A DNA stretch of 64,000 bases from an uncultured Clostridia bacterium. Lineage in GTDB: Bacteria; Bacillota; Clostridia; TANB77; CAG-508. Below, one piece after another: positions 10,897 to 19,580 of the stretch (the first letter of the stretch is position 1; the number at the start of each line of letters is the position of its first letter). The notes under the pieces are model-generated. The model ran no database searches, had not been told where the DNA came from, and saw nothing but the letters and a program-made list of their open reading frames with translations. The position numbers and the translations under genes were made by a program. Location: the NCBI GenBank assembly GCA_944393325.1, contig CALXZU010000002.1, positions 20,179 through 84,178 of the forward strand, in the 5' to 3' direction.

Positions 10897-11652
10897 TTAT
10901 AAATCTTTACCGAGTTCTGTTCTTTTCATACAAAACTCTTTAAAATAGCATTCTTCACATTTTGGGCTTGTTGGTCTACAATATTCTCTACCAGCTACCC
11001 AAAAAGGAAGTGTTAATGAACCTGGAAATTCGTCACAAATTTCTCGTGCACTTGCTGTAACATCCTTAATATTGTCATTATCAGCAAGTCCCATCCTTAA
11101 AAATATTCTTCTCACATGCACATCATATGCAATATCTATGCAGCGAAGATTTTTTAAGTTAACACCAAAGTCACGTACCAATAGTAACGTTCCTAGTGCT
11201 GCTTTTTTGTGACTAATTCCCTTAAATTCTTCCAACCTAGCTATTATATGTTCTGCATTCAAATCATTTTTCCAAATGTTTTCAGCTTCTGAATTATAAT
11301 CTTCTACAACTTTTTTAATTGCAAAGAAAATATATTCAGCCATCTTTCTTGGATAACGATGTAATGCAGGTTTCTCTTTTATAATAGCTTCTAGAGATTC
11401 AGCACTTTCTTCTTTGGCAATTTTACCAAAGTCAAAATGCCCCAATCTTTTTGAAAGATAATAAGGTAATCTCCAAGCCATCTCTGCTTTTACTGATTGA
11501 TCTGAAATTAGTGCAATCAAAAAAGCATTCCAGTCTGAAAGCAAGAATTTTCTTTCTTCATCTTTTAGCATACTTAATATGCTATTGTCTTTAATAACTA
11601 TTTTAGACACCTCTTTGCATTTTTCGTTTAATCGTTCATAATACTTTTCCAT
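10897..11652 (-). CDS. HhH-GPD family (EndoIII/MutY-like) DNA glycosylase-like protein with Fe-S cluster loop
   Basis: C-terminal C-x6-C-x2-C-x5-C (CRPTSPKCEECYFKEFC), the [4Fe-4S] loop of the Nth/MutY superfamily. GC higher than host. Confidence 0.55.
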   Translation of the reverse strand: MEKYYERLNEKCKEVSKIVIKDNSILSMLKDEERKFLLSDWNAFLIALISDQSVKAEMAWRLPYYLSKRLGHFDFGKIAKEESAESLEAIIKEKPALHRYPRKMAEYIFFAIKKVVEDYNSEAENIWKNDLNAEHIIARLEEFKGISHKKAALGTLLLVRDFGVNLKNLRCIDIAYDVHVRRIFLRMGLADNDNIKDVTASAREICDEFPGSLTLPFWVAGREYCRPTSPKCEECYFKEFCMKRTELGKDL

Positions 11653-11663
11653 TTTTCCTACCT

Positions 11664-12599
11664 CTACTTTCTAAATTCTATTGGCCAATTGTCACCCATA
11701 ATTTCTTCTTGCTCTTTGTCTGTCAAAGCCCATTTTCTTGTCTTATCATACTTAGGCACTTTGATTTCACCCCAATCAACAATTTTCACAGGCTTATCCG
11801 TAAAAACTGTATTCAACATATATAGCTCTGCCAAGGTGTATTGATCTAGTCTATTCAATTCAGCTTCTAGATTAGTTGAATCAATACAAAGCCAGTACGC
11901 ATCAGACTTTGCGAGTAATGTGAGTCTATCCTTTAGATATTTTGACTTATCATCCGCAAATTCATGATACAAAAAATAGCTTAAAATATTCTGAGGTGAA
12001 ATAGGACAAACATGCTCTTTATAAGCCTGAACTCTCGCCCAATCAATATGTTTATAATTCACAAAATTTGCTCCTATATAAACTGTTTGATGGGTTGAAG
12101 ATTTATATGGAGTTAGCAAATTGTTGAAAATATCATTTCTGAAATCTTCATCTGTCATCCTGCTTAGCCACTCATCTAATTCCAAATAATTCATTTCAAC
12201 TTGTTCGCTTCCATAAATATTAGGAATAAATGTAGCTTTTTTATGCTTTACCTGACTCCATAGAAATATTTCAGCCATTATTCCTTCTGATAAAAGAGTA
12301 TTTGTATTACCATATACCCATAATCTATCAGAAAAAATTGCTAGAGTCAAACAGTCAGTCATGACATTAATTTTCTTTCCACCTAATGTTTCAGTAGAAA
12401 TGTAGTAACCCAATGCCATCTCTGGATTTAATGCAATCATATTATTTTTCAGCACTCTATTGCAAATTGCCAACATATGATGCATATCATCACCATCAAA
12501 AGATGTATAAACTACTTTCCGCAGAGGCTCTTGTCTAAATTCCTGAATAATCTGTTTTGTTTCTGATGTCAACATCCCATAAATTTTATCCTTGAACAT
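11664..12599 (-). CDS. hypothetical protein (middle gene of element cargo operon)
   Basis: 311 aa; 3-nt and 11-nt gaps to flanking genes imply an operon. Confidence 0.5.
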   Translation of the reverse strand: MFKDKIYGMLTSETKQIIQEFRQEPLRKVVYTSFDGDDMHHMLAICNRVLKNNMIALNPEMALGYYISTETLGGKKINVMTDCLTLAIFSDRLWVYGNTNTLLSEGIMAEIFLWSQVKHKKATFIPNIYGSEQVEMNYLELDEWLSRMTDEDFRNDIFNNLLTPYKSSTHQTVYIGANFVNYKHIDWARVQAYKEHVCPISPQNILSYFLYHEFADDKSKYLKDRLTLLAKSDAYWLCIDSTNLEAELNRLDQYTLAELYMLNTVFTDKPVKIVDWGEIKVPKYDKTRKWALTDKEQEEIMGDNWPIEFRK

Positions 12600-12602
12600 C
12601 TT

Positions 12603-13172
12603 TTATCTCCTTATACTTTGCATAATTAACTGTTGCAATGACAAGCATGACTTAATAGTGTAATCATTTACTATAACAATATCGAATAATTCCTTATTGT
12701 TATAAAAAAATTCCAGCTCGTCATCTATGTCCCTTAAACGCTTGTTCAAATCTTGCTGACTCATGTGTCTTGCCTCTAATTCTGCCTTTGTTCTTTCAAC
12801 ATCAATTGGCAAAATATAAACGCTTAAGACATTACTAAATTCTAATCTGAATTCACTTACATTTTTGTAAAACAATTCAGTAATTAAGTTGATACCCTTA
12901 TCACATAATTGAATCTGTGATTTTTTATATGCATACCAATTTCCAAACACCTCATTAACCACACAAAGTCTTCCAGAATGATTTTCTTGTTCGAACTCTT
13001 CTAATGAGTAGAAAAATTTGTCGACACCGTCTATTTCATTTTGGCGTCTCCCCCGAGTCGTTACTGAAATTAAAGATTGAAAATCTCTATTATTTTTCAG
13101 AATATACGATTTTAAGAAGGATTTACCTATTCCAGAAATTCCGGACAAAGTTACAATTTTACCTTTTTGCAT
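12603..13172 (-). CDS. guanylate-kinase-like P-loop nucleotide kinase
   Basis: P-loop SGISGIGKS, GMP-kinase-like TTRGRRQNEIDGVDKFFYSLEEFEQ. Confidence 0.6.
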   Translation of the reverse strand: MQKGKIVTLSGISGIGKSFLKSYILKNNRDFQSLISVTTRGRRQNEIDGVDKFFYSLEEFEQENHSGRLCVVNEVFGNWYAYKKSQIQLCDKGINLITELFYKNVSEFRLEFSNVLSVYILPIDVERTKAELEARHMSQQDLNKRLRDIDDELEFFYNNKELFDIVIVNDYTIKSCLSLQQLIMQSIRR

Positions 13173-13382
13173 GATACTTCTCCTTTCGCAACTGAAAAAT
13201 CTTATAATGTTTTATAGCCTCTCTCCTTAAAAAGTTTTTATTAGTAAAACTTTTTCATAATAATTTTACCAACAACAATATTATACAATATTTTCCATTA
13301 TTTTTTAATAGTTATGTAAATTTAAAATTGACTATTGTAAAAAAAATGATATAATATAAAAAAAATTTGGAGGTAATTTAAA

Positions 13383-13973
13383 ATGAAATTAATTTTAGCA
13401 TCAAATTCAAAAACAAGAAAAAACATTTTTGATATGGTTGGTTGGAAATATGAAATAATAACAAGCAAAGTAGAAGAACATAGTGATTCTACCGATCCCA
13501 AACAGTACGTAATTGACTTGTCAAAAGATAAAGCAAACTCAGTTGCTTCTCAAGTCAAAGATAAAGCACTAATTGTTGCTGCTGACTCTATTATATATAT
13601 GGATAATAAAAAGTTTAAAAAACCAAAAAGTAAAGAAGAAGCTTTTGAAAACATAAAGAAAATGAGCGGAAAAGTTAATTATGCTGTTACTGGAGTAACA
13701 ATAAAGGATTTATACAAAAATAAAGAAATTTCTTTTAGTGACACTACAGATGTATATTTCAAAAATGTTACTACTCAAGACATTTCTTGGTATGTGGAAA
13801 ACGAAAAATATTTATTAAATAGAGCAGGATATTCTATAGCAGGTAAAACATCTATTTTTATTGATAAAATAATCGGAGATTATTATAACATTTTAGGCAT
13901 GCCTATTAGTAAATTATATACAAAACTTAATGAATTAGGTTATACTATTTCGGATTTTGAAATGAAAGAATAA
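13383..13973 (+). CDS. maf: Maf/Ham1-type nucleoside-triphosphate pyrophosphatase (septum formation protein Maf family)
   Basis: N-terminal LILASNSKTRKNIF, typical Maf length and motifs. Confidence 0.8.
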   Translation: MKLILASNSKTRKNIFDMVGWKYEIITSKVEEHSDSTDPKQYVIDLSKDKANSVASQVKDKALIVAADSIIYMDNKKFKKPKSKEEAFENIKKMSGKVNYAVTGVTIKDLYKNKEISFSDTTDVYFKNVTTQDISWYVENEKYLLNRAGYSIAGKTSIFIDKIIGDYYNILGMPISKLYTKLNELGYTISDFEMKE

Positions 13974-13999
13974 AAATGCTTTTGTTTTATACAATATGT

Positions 14000-14108
14000 T
14001 TTGCAGGATCAGGGAGACGTCTCGGATCCCTGTAACTACCTAAAAACGTAGTTTTTAGCGGTCTACTCTTTAATTTCAGAGTAGACTGATGTACGTCTCG
14101 CTTTTTTA
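14000..14108 (+). ncRNA. GC-rich structured element (candidate small RNA / cis-regulatory RNA or protein-binding palindrome cluster)
   Basis: Local GC far above surroundings. 10-bp perfect palindrome GAGACGTCTC (~14014-14023) inside a 6-bp stem (caggga/tccctg). 9-bp perfect hairpin gtctactct/agagtagac (14061-14086). 3' acgtctc complementary to 5' gagacgt, ending cgcTTTTTT. Confidence 0.3.
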
Positions 14109-14110
14109 TG

Positions 14111-14150
14111 AAAAAACAAGTATAAATTTATATTTTTATACTTGTTTTTT
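14111..14150. terminator. bidirectional intrinsic terminator between maf (+) and 14155..14460 (-)
   Basis: 11-bp stem acaagtataaa/tttatacttgt flanked by an A-tract and a T-tract. Confidence 0.5.
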
Positions 14151-14154
14151 GGTT

Positions 14155-14460
14155 TTATTTAAGTTCTTCCTTTAGATTAATTCCATCTCTTAATCCTGCA
14201 AAATAATACTTTTTATAAAAATAATAACTCTCATAATCAATTGTTTCTATATAATCTTTTATTACTTTTCTAATGCTAACTTTTAACCAATTAAGATTAT
14301 ATGGAATTTTGTCTAATTCATCATTTAAAAGTTTAGATTTTTTACTTCTGTTTGCTTTGTCTTGACTCATAAATTTTTTATCATTTTCATCAATGAGAGC
14401 TAAGTCTCTTTCTCTTGCTTCAAATATTATTTCTAGCATGTTATAATTTTCTTTTTCCAT
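14155..14460 (-). CDS. hypothetical protein
   Basis: 101-aa ORF in element. Confidence 0.4.
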   Translation of the reverse strand: MEKENYNMLEIIFEARERDLALIDENDKKFMSQDKANRSKKSKLLNDELDKIPYNLNWLKVSIRKVIKDYIETIDYESYYFYKKYYFAGLRDGINLKEELK

Positions 14461-14511
14461 TTAACATCACCTCCAATTAGTTTGTGATATTAACTCTGTT
14501 CGAATTATTAT

Positions 14512-14946
14512 TCAAGTCTTTTCTATAAATAAATTATTAGCATATAAACTTGTCCAATCGAAATTATTATAATCCCTATGAGATTTATGTATTGATATTT
14601 TCTTATAATTTATTTTATTAATATTTAGTATATCTTTAACATTTTTATTAATAGGATTATTACAAATTTGTTTATCTGTATTAACATATTTATTAATAGG
14701 TGTAATTTTTCTCAAAGCAATTTCTCTTGAATTTTCTTTATATATCATTTGAATTTTTATATATTCTTTCTTTTTCAATGAATTTACTATTCTTGATGCT
14801 TGTATTTTTGTAATATCTAATAATTTACTTATATATGCGTTTGACATTATACATTCATTTTCTTTACTTAAATGTATAATCATAGAATATATAATTTTTT
14901 CTTTATCATTTAGTTTTGTATCTGTTAATACTTCATATGGAGCCAT
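14512..14946 (-). CDS. putative winged-helix DNA-binding protein (replisome-organiser/DnaD-N-like)
   Basis: N-terminal LNDKEKIIYSMIIHL...ISKLLDITKIQASRIVNSLKKKEYI resembles HTH/wHTH of phage or plasmid initiator proteins. Confidence 0.35.
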   Translation of the reverse strand: MAPYEVLTDTKLNDKEKIIYSMIIHLSKENECIMSNAYISKLLDITKIQASRIVNSLKKKEYIKIQMIYKENSREIALRKITPINKYVNTDKQICNNPINKNVKDILNINKINYKKISIHKSHRDYNNFDWTSLYANNLFIEKT

Positions 14947-14964
14947 ATTCCTTTAAATTCTTTC

Positions 14965-15000
14965 AATATTTATTTTCTTTCCAATCAATCGCTCATCAAT
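14965..15000. promoter_or_regulatory. ~35-bp conserved motif upstream of 14512..14946, repeated at 16170..16205
   Basis: ttttctt(t/c)(c/t)caatcaatcgctc..caat.gatt present in both upstream regions. Confidence 0.3.
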
Positions 15001-15094
15001 TGATTTCTTATCATTTTTATGACTTACTTGTTTTATTTAGTATATTTATCAAAATTCTATTTAAAATTTTAGAATAATATTTTTCATTATCTTT

Positions 15095-16075
15095 CTATCT
15101 CTCTTGTTCTTCAATCATTTTTTCTCTCATGTTACTATTAAAACATATTTTATGTGGATCTAGTTCGTATTTTCTAGCATTCCTGCTAATAATATCATTT
15201 AAGATTTTATATGGATTTTCTTCAGTTCTTTTATTTTCTATAGTACTATATGCTTCATTTATAGCATCTTCTAATAGCTCTGTAACCATATTATTATATG
15301 AGCCATACTTTTCTTTCATTCTTTCTGTTGGTTCTGTAGCATATCCTATCCAATTATCTATATATCCAGTAAGGATTGGTGGCTTATTACATCTAGATAT
15401 TAATTTTGGAAATCTATTGCCAATACTTTGTAAGATATTTATATATGCCAATAAATTTTCATCACTTGCATACATTACAATTGTATCATCTCTTTTCTTT
15501 TCAATTCCGTCATCAAATTTATAGTAAAAAGGAATTTCTTCTTTTAACGCTTCAATTGTAAATAATCCCAATAAACGATATGTATCATTTGGTTCTGGAT
15601 TTATGTATAATCTATGCTTTATATCCATATAATCTTCCTGCTTAGCACGTAATTCCCTTGAATAGACATGTACAAAACTTGTATTATTTTTAAAATAATT
15701 ATACCAGCAATATTGTTCTACTAATGGAAAACGATTAAATACTTGCTGCAATTCTTCATATGTATCTACATTTTTATCCTGTTGAGATAAAGAATCATAT
15801 AATTCATATATATTACCTTGATAACTTCCTCTTTGTTTTAAATCTAATAATTGCTGTTTACTTAATGATAATATATTATTTTTCCATACATTAAATAATA
15901 AAGCATACAGATTTTCTCTATAATCATATTCATATTTAAAATGTTTGTTTTTACTATTTTGTTTTATCAACTCAAAATATAAATTTTTATTCCTATAATC
16001 TGGTAATCTTCTTAATAAGTCACCATTAAACAACGGATTTTTTATACTATTATATAACTCTGTAAAATTTTGCAT
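15095..16075 (-). CDS. hypothetical protein
   Basis: 326-aa ORF in element. Confidence 0.45.
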   Translation of the reverse strand: MQNFTELYNSIKNPLFNGDLLRRLPDYRNKNLYFELIKQNSKNKHFKYEYDYRENLYALLFNVWKNNILSLSKQQLLDLKQRGSYQGNIYELYDSLSQQDKNVDTYEELQQVFNRFPLVEQYCWYNYFKNNTSFVHVYSRELRAKQEDYMDIKHRLYINPEPNDTYRLLGLFTIEALKEEIPFYYKFDDGIEKKRDDTIVMYASDENLLAYINILQSIGNRFPKLISRCNKPPILTGYIDNWIGYATEPTERMKEKYGSYNNMVTELLEDAINEAYSTIENKRTEENPYKILNDIISRNARKYELDPHKICFNSNMREKMIEEQER

Positions 16076-16169
16076 AATTTACTCCTATTTTTATATTATA
16101 TTTAGTATATTTTATCATGTTTCTTATTCACATACAATACCAACAATATAGACATATATCAAATTGTCT

Positions 16170-16205
16170 ACAATATTAATTTTCTTCTCAATCAATCGCT
16201 CCACA
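16170..16205. promoter_or_regulatory. second copy of conserved upstream motif
   Basis: See 14965..15000. Confidence 0.3.
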
Positions 16206-16300
16206 ATCGATTTTGTTCAATTTTTATTCAACTTTCGATAAACCCCATACCAGTATAAAAATATAAGCAATATCAGGATTTTTATTTATTCACCCAAAGA

Positions 16301-16462
16301 TTAGCATATTACCGGGGTAAAATCTCCTGGATGTGAAAATAATACAAGCCATTTTCCTTCATATTGTTTTAAATTTATCTTTCCCCATGTTGAACTAGCT
16401 TCAAAATTTGGTGCTTTTTCACCTATTTTCACATTTCCATTTTCTAATAATTCATAACTCAT
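16301..16462 (-). pseudogene. 1-Cys peroxiredoxin 5' fragment (53 codons) fused to element-derived stop
   Basis: AGGAG RBS then [53 protein letters not shown]. The sequence diverges from prx exactly after the DFTP core. Confidence 0.8.
16314..16324. repeat. attachment-site core copy 2 (ggggtaaaatc)
   Basis: Exact match to 8678..8688. Confidence 0.75.
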
Positions 16463-16606
16463 AAAAATAAACTCCTTTCATTTATATATATTATGAAAGA
16501 AGTTCTTTTTTGTTAATTTACTTTTATTTTTTTCTATGCCACTTATAAAATGTTCATATCATCTATCTTTTCCTATTCTTTGTATAACTATCCACTAAAA
16601 TTTAAT

Positions 16607-17134
16607 TTAAAAACCATATTCAAAAATTTCTGCTGGTTTCATATCTCCACAATCACAAATAGATTGAAAAGCCATTTTGTGTGCAACAATAATTACTGTA
16701 TCATAATTTTCTTTATATTTATTAATAACAGACATAACTCTATTTCTTAATTGTTCCTTTGTTTCCCAATTTCTTTTTTCGTTAATTGGATATACTCCAT
16801 GATTTTTAATATAATCATTATAATATTCCTGCATCTCTTCACCATTTTTGTATTGATATGTAAGATCTGGTTGCCATTCTCTTATATCTGGCTCAACTAC
16901 AATATCAAGTCCTGTTTCCTTAGATATTATACTTGCTGTTTGTAATGCTCTTGTATATGGTGAAGACACAATAATTTGTGCATTTTTTAATCTGATATCT
17001 TTTGATGTCTTTATAACCTCATCTATCCTTTCTTCTTTTAATGGTGCTAAATCATGTCCTTGACCTATAAATCCATGAGTATCTCCATATGTATAATCTG
17101 ATTTACCATGTCTAATTAAATAAAATTTTGCCAT
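16607..17134 (-). CDS. histidine phosphatase family protein (phosphoglycerate-mutase-like)
   Basis: LIRHGKS (RHG motif); start reassigned to MAKFYLIRHG preceded by AGGGAG. Confidence 0.75.
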   Translation of the reverse strand: MAKFYLIRHGKSDYTYGDTHGFIGQGHDLAPLKEERIDEVIKTSKDIRLKNAQIIVSSPYTRALQTASIISKETGLDIVVEPDIREWQPDLTYQYKNGEEMQEYYNDYIKNHGVYPINEKRNWETKEQLRNRVMSVINKYKENYDTVIIVAHKMAFQSICDCGDMKPAEIFEYGF

Positions 17135-17154
17135 TCTTTCTCCCTTATTACTTT

Positions 17155-18459
17155 CTAATCTACTATTTTTTCTATGTTTCCAATGCAATATAATGGTATA
17201 TTTATAAGACTTTCTTCTTTTCTGTAATTTGACATTGATGTTCTAATATTTTTAGTTGTTTTATATTTTTCTACAAAAGTTTTTAAACTTTTTGCTTGTA
17301 AATTTTCTTCTGATTTTACTTCTATTGGTATAATATCTATACCTAACTGTATTACAAAGTCGATTTCTGCTGTAGCCCTTTTAGCACTCCAATAATATAT
17401 TGGAATATCTTTATTTGATTTTAACTCTGTCAAAACAAATTGCTCAGTAAATGCCCCTTTAAATTCTGTAAAAATTTTATTTCCTTCTAACAATACTCTC
17501 TCGTCAATTCTTGTCATCGCTCCTAAAATTCCGACATCAAGAATAAAAAGTTTAAATGCACTTGTGTCTTGATAAGCTATAAGTGGAAGATTAGGTTTAT
17601 TTACTCTATCTACTTTATATATTAATCCGCAATCAATTAGCCATGATAATGCTAATTCATAATCTTTTGCTCTTGCTCCTTCTTTAATTAGTCCATAAAT
17701 AAATTTTTTATTTTCTTTTGCAAGTTGTGCTGGAATACTATTCCATAACATTTTCAGTCTTGGTACGATTTCACTTGGTGCATGTTTGGAAAAATCTTCT
17801 TCATATGAGTTTAGCAACCTTAATTGTGTTTCTCTTACTTTTCTAAAATTCTTAGTTTCTAAATATTTATTTATAACTGATGGCATACCACCAATAAAAT
17901 AATATTCTCTTAAATATAAAATTAATTTATCTCTAAAAACACTTATTAAATTCCAATCTTTTTTATTTAATATTTCTACTAATTGTTCTTCTCCTAATGC
18001 AAGTAAAAATTCTTTGAAATTTAGTGGATACAAATACATAAAATCCACCTTTCCTACTGGGAACGATGTTCCTTCATGTAATGCAACACCTAAAAGTGAA
18101 CCAGCTGCTATTATATGATATTCTCTTGCATTTTCACAAAAGTATTTAAGTGATGCAATGGCTTTTGGCACCTCTTGGACTTCGTCAAAAATTAGCAATG
18201 TGTCTTTTGCATCAATATCTACTTTTGTTTCTATCCTTAAACCTTGTATTATTCTATCTATATCAAAATCTGGTTCAAATAATTCTTCCATTCTTTTATT
18301 TCCATCAAAATTTATATATGCTACTTTTTTATAATTATCTTTACCAAATTCTTTCATTATCCATGTTTTTCCAACTTGTCTAGCACCTCTTATTATTAAT
18401 GGCATTCTGTCTTTAGAATTTTTCCATTCTTCCAATTCTTTTATTTTTTCACGATACAT
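17155..18459 (-). CDS. AAA+ ATPase with DUF4143-type C-terminal domain
   Basis: Walker A GARQVGKT, Walker B LLIFDEVQ; start reassigned to MYREKI after GGAGGG. Confidence 0.7.
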   Translation of the reverse strand: MYREKIKELEEWKNSKDRMPLIIRGARQVGKTWIMKEFGKDNYKKVAYINFDGNKRMEELFEPDFDIDRIIQGLRIETKVDIDAKDTLLIFDEVQEVPKAIASLKYFCENAREYHIIAAGSLLGVALHEGTSFPVGKVDFMYLYPLNFKEFLLALGEEQLVEILNKKDWNLISVFRDKLILYLREYYFIGGMPSVINKYLETKNFRKVRETQLRLLNSYEEDFSKHAPSEIVPRLKMLWNSIPAQLAKENKKFIYGLIKEGARAKDYELALSWLIDCGLIYKVDRVNKPNLPLIAYQDTSAFKLFILDVGILGAMTRIDERVLLEGNKIFTEFKGAFTEQFVLTELKSNKDIPIYYWSAKRATAEIDFVIQLGIDIIPIEVKSEENLQAKSLKTFVEKYKTTKNIRTSMSNYRKEESLINIPLYCIGNIEKIVD

Positions 18460-18546
18460 ATACTTCCCTCCATATTCATTATATGTATATTGTATCATAA
18501 TTATTACAAAAATTCAAATGACTTTTTAGTTTTTATCTACACTTTT

Positions 18547-19491
18547 TCAAAGGACTTTTTGTGCATAATACATATCATATTCTCCCCAAGATTTATTTTT
18601 TCCTTCAAATATTTCTGATAATCCCCATACGCCTCCACAATCATCTATAATACCATATCCTTTTCCAGATAAAACTTTAAACTTCTTTTCTTCTCCATAT
18701 CCATCAATAACTTTAGAAACTCTCAAATTAAATGTCCAACTATCTCCCCAATCATATACTATTTTTAATTTTTGAGCCTTTTGTAATTCTAAATAATTTA
18801 AATCTTGCTCATTTAAAACTTCATCATCAATATAGTCTTTTCCTTTTTTAAGTCCATATAAATGAGTTAAATCACCGTTCATTGAAGTAATTACACACCT
18901 TGTGAAAGTATCTAAATTCACATTGCTGTCTACTAATACTTTTCTCTTTATTTCTTTAGTAAATCCTTCTAAAGAAACATTTATCTCATAGCTTTTTGGC
19001 TGTAAATAGCTATAATATCTTTCTATACCTTCTTCTATCTTTTCATTTATAGTATTTATATCAAATTTATCTTCTTTGAATTCTATTATACCAGGAAATT
19101 GTCTTTTATAATACTTGCTATTATTCTCATCTACTTTTAATTTTAAAATCTCTTTTAAAAAACAACTTCCTCCACAATTTTCTAATATTCCAACACCTAA
19201 ACCACTTACAACCCTAAAATCTTTTTCATAGTTTCCTTTTCTTATATCAGTTATATTAATATAAAAATCCCAATCAGATGTAAAATCATAATTTAACAGA
19301 AGATAATCATTATTTTTCAGTTCTAAATCTGATAATTTCTTATTACTCATGATTTCCTCATTTTTTTCATCTTTTATATTACATCCATTACTTAAATAGG
19401 CATGTTCTTCATTTAACAATAATTGATATAAATGCTTACAATTCCCATTTAGCGAAACAATTACATGTTCACAAAAAGATTTTAAACTCAT
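18547..19491 (-). CDS. pRiA4b ORF-3-like family protein, tandem-duplicated domain
   Basis: Two copies of ...LTHLY...YDWGDSW...GIIDDCGGVWGL... / ...GILENCGGSCFL. Confidence 0.5.
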   Translation of the reverse strand: MSLKSFCEHVIVSLNGNCKHLYQLLLNEEHAYLSNGCNIKDEKNEEIMSNKKLSDLELKNNDYLLLNYDFTSDWDFYINITDIRKGNYEKDFRVVSGLGVGILENCGGSCFLKEILKLKVDENNSKYYKRQFPGIIEFKEDKFDINTINEKIEEGIERYYSYLQPKSYEINVSLEGFTKEIKRKVLVDSNVNLDTFTRCVITSMNGDLTHLYGLKKGKDYIDDEVLNEQDLNYLELQKAQKLKIVYDWGDSWTFNLRVSKVIDGYGEEKKFKVLSGKGYGIIDDCGGVWGLSEIFEGKNKSWGEYDMYYAQKVL

Positions 19492-19580
19492 ATTATCATT
19501 TACTTCTATTCTTCTATTTATTTGTTTTTTTAACCATCTACATATATTTCCATTTCTATTTTCATAATATTTTTTTCCAT

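Larger units (their letters stand above)
8678..16324. mobile_element. ~7.6 kb integrative element with large serine recombinase, inserted in the peroxiredoxin gene
   Basis: Identical 11-bp core GGGGTAAAATC (minus-strand GATTTTACCCC, encoding DFTP) at 8678..8688 and 16314..16324. Recombinase gene abuts the left end. Removing the interval restores a 238-codon prx ([14 protein letters not shown]). Confidence 0.8.

Noticed and set aside
14000-14108. tRNA or tRNA fragment as the integration target
   Set aside because: No cloverleaf or CCA. The element's real target is the prx gene, identified from both junctions.
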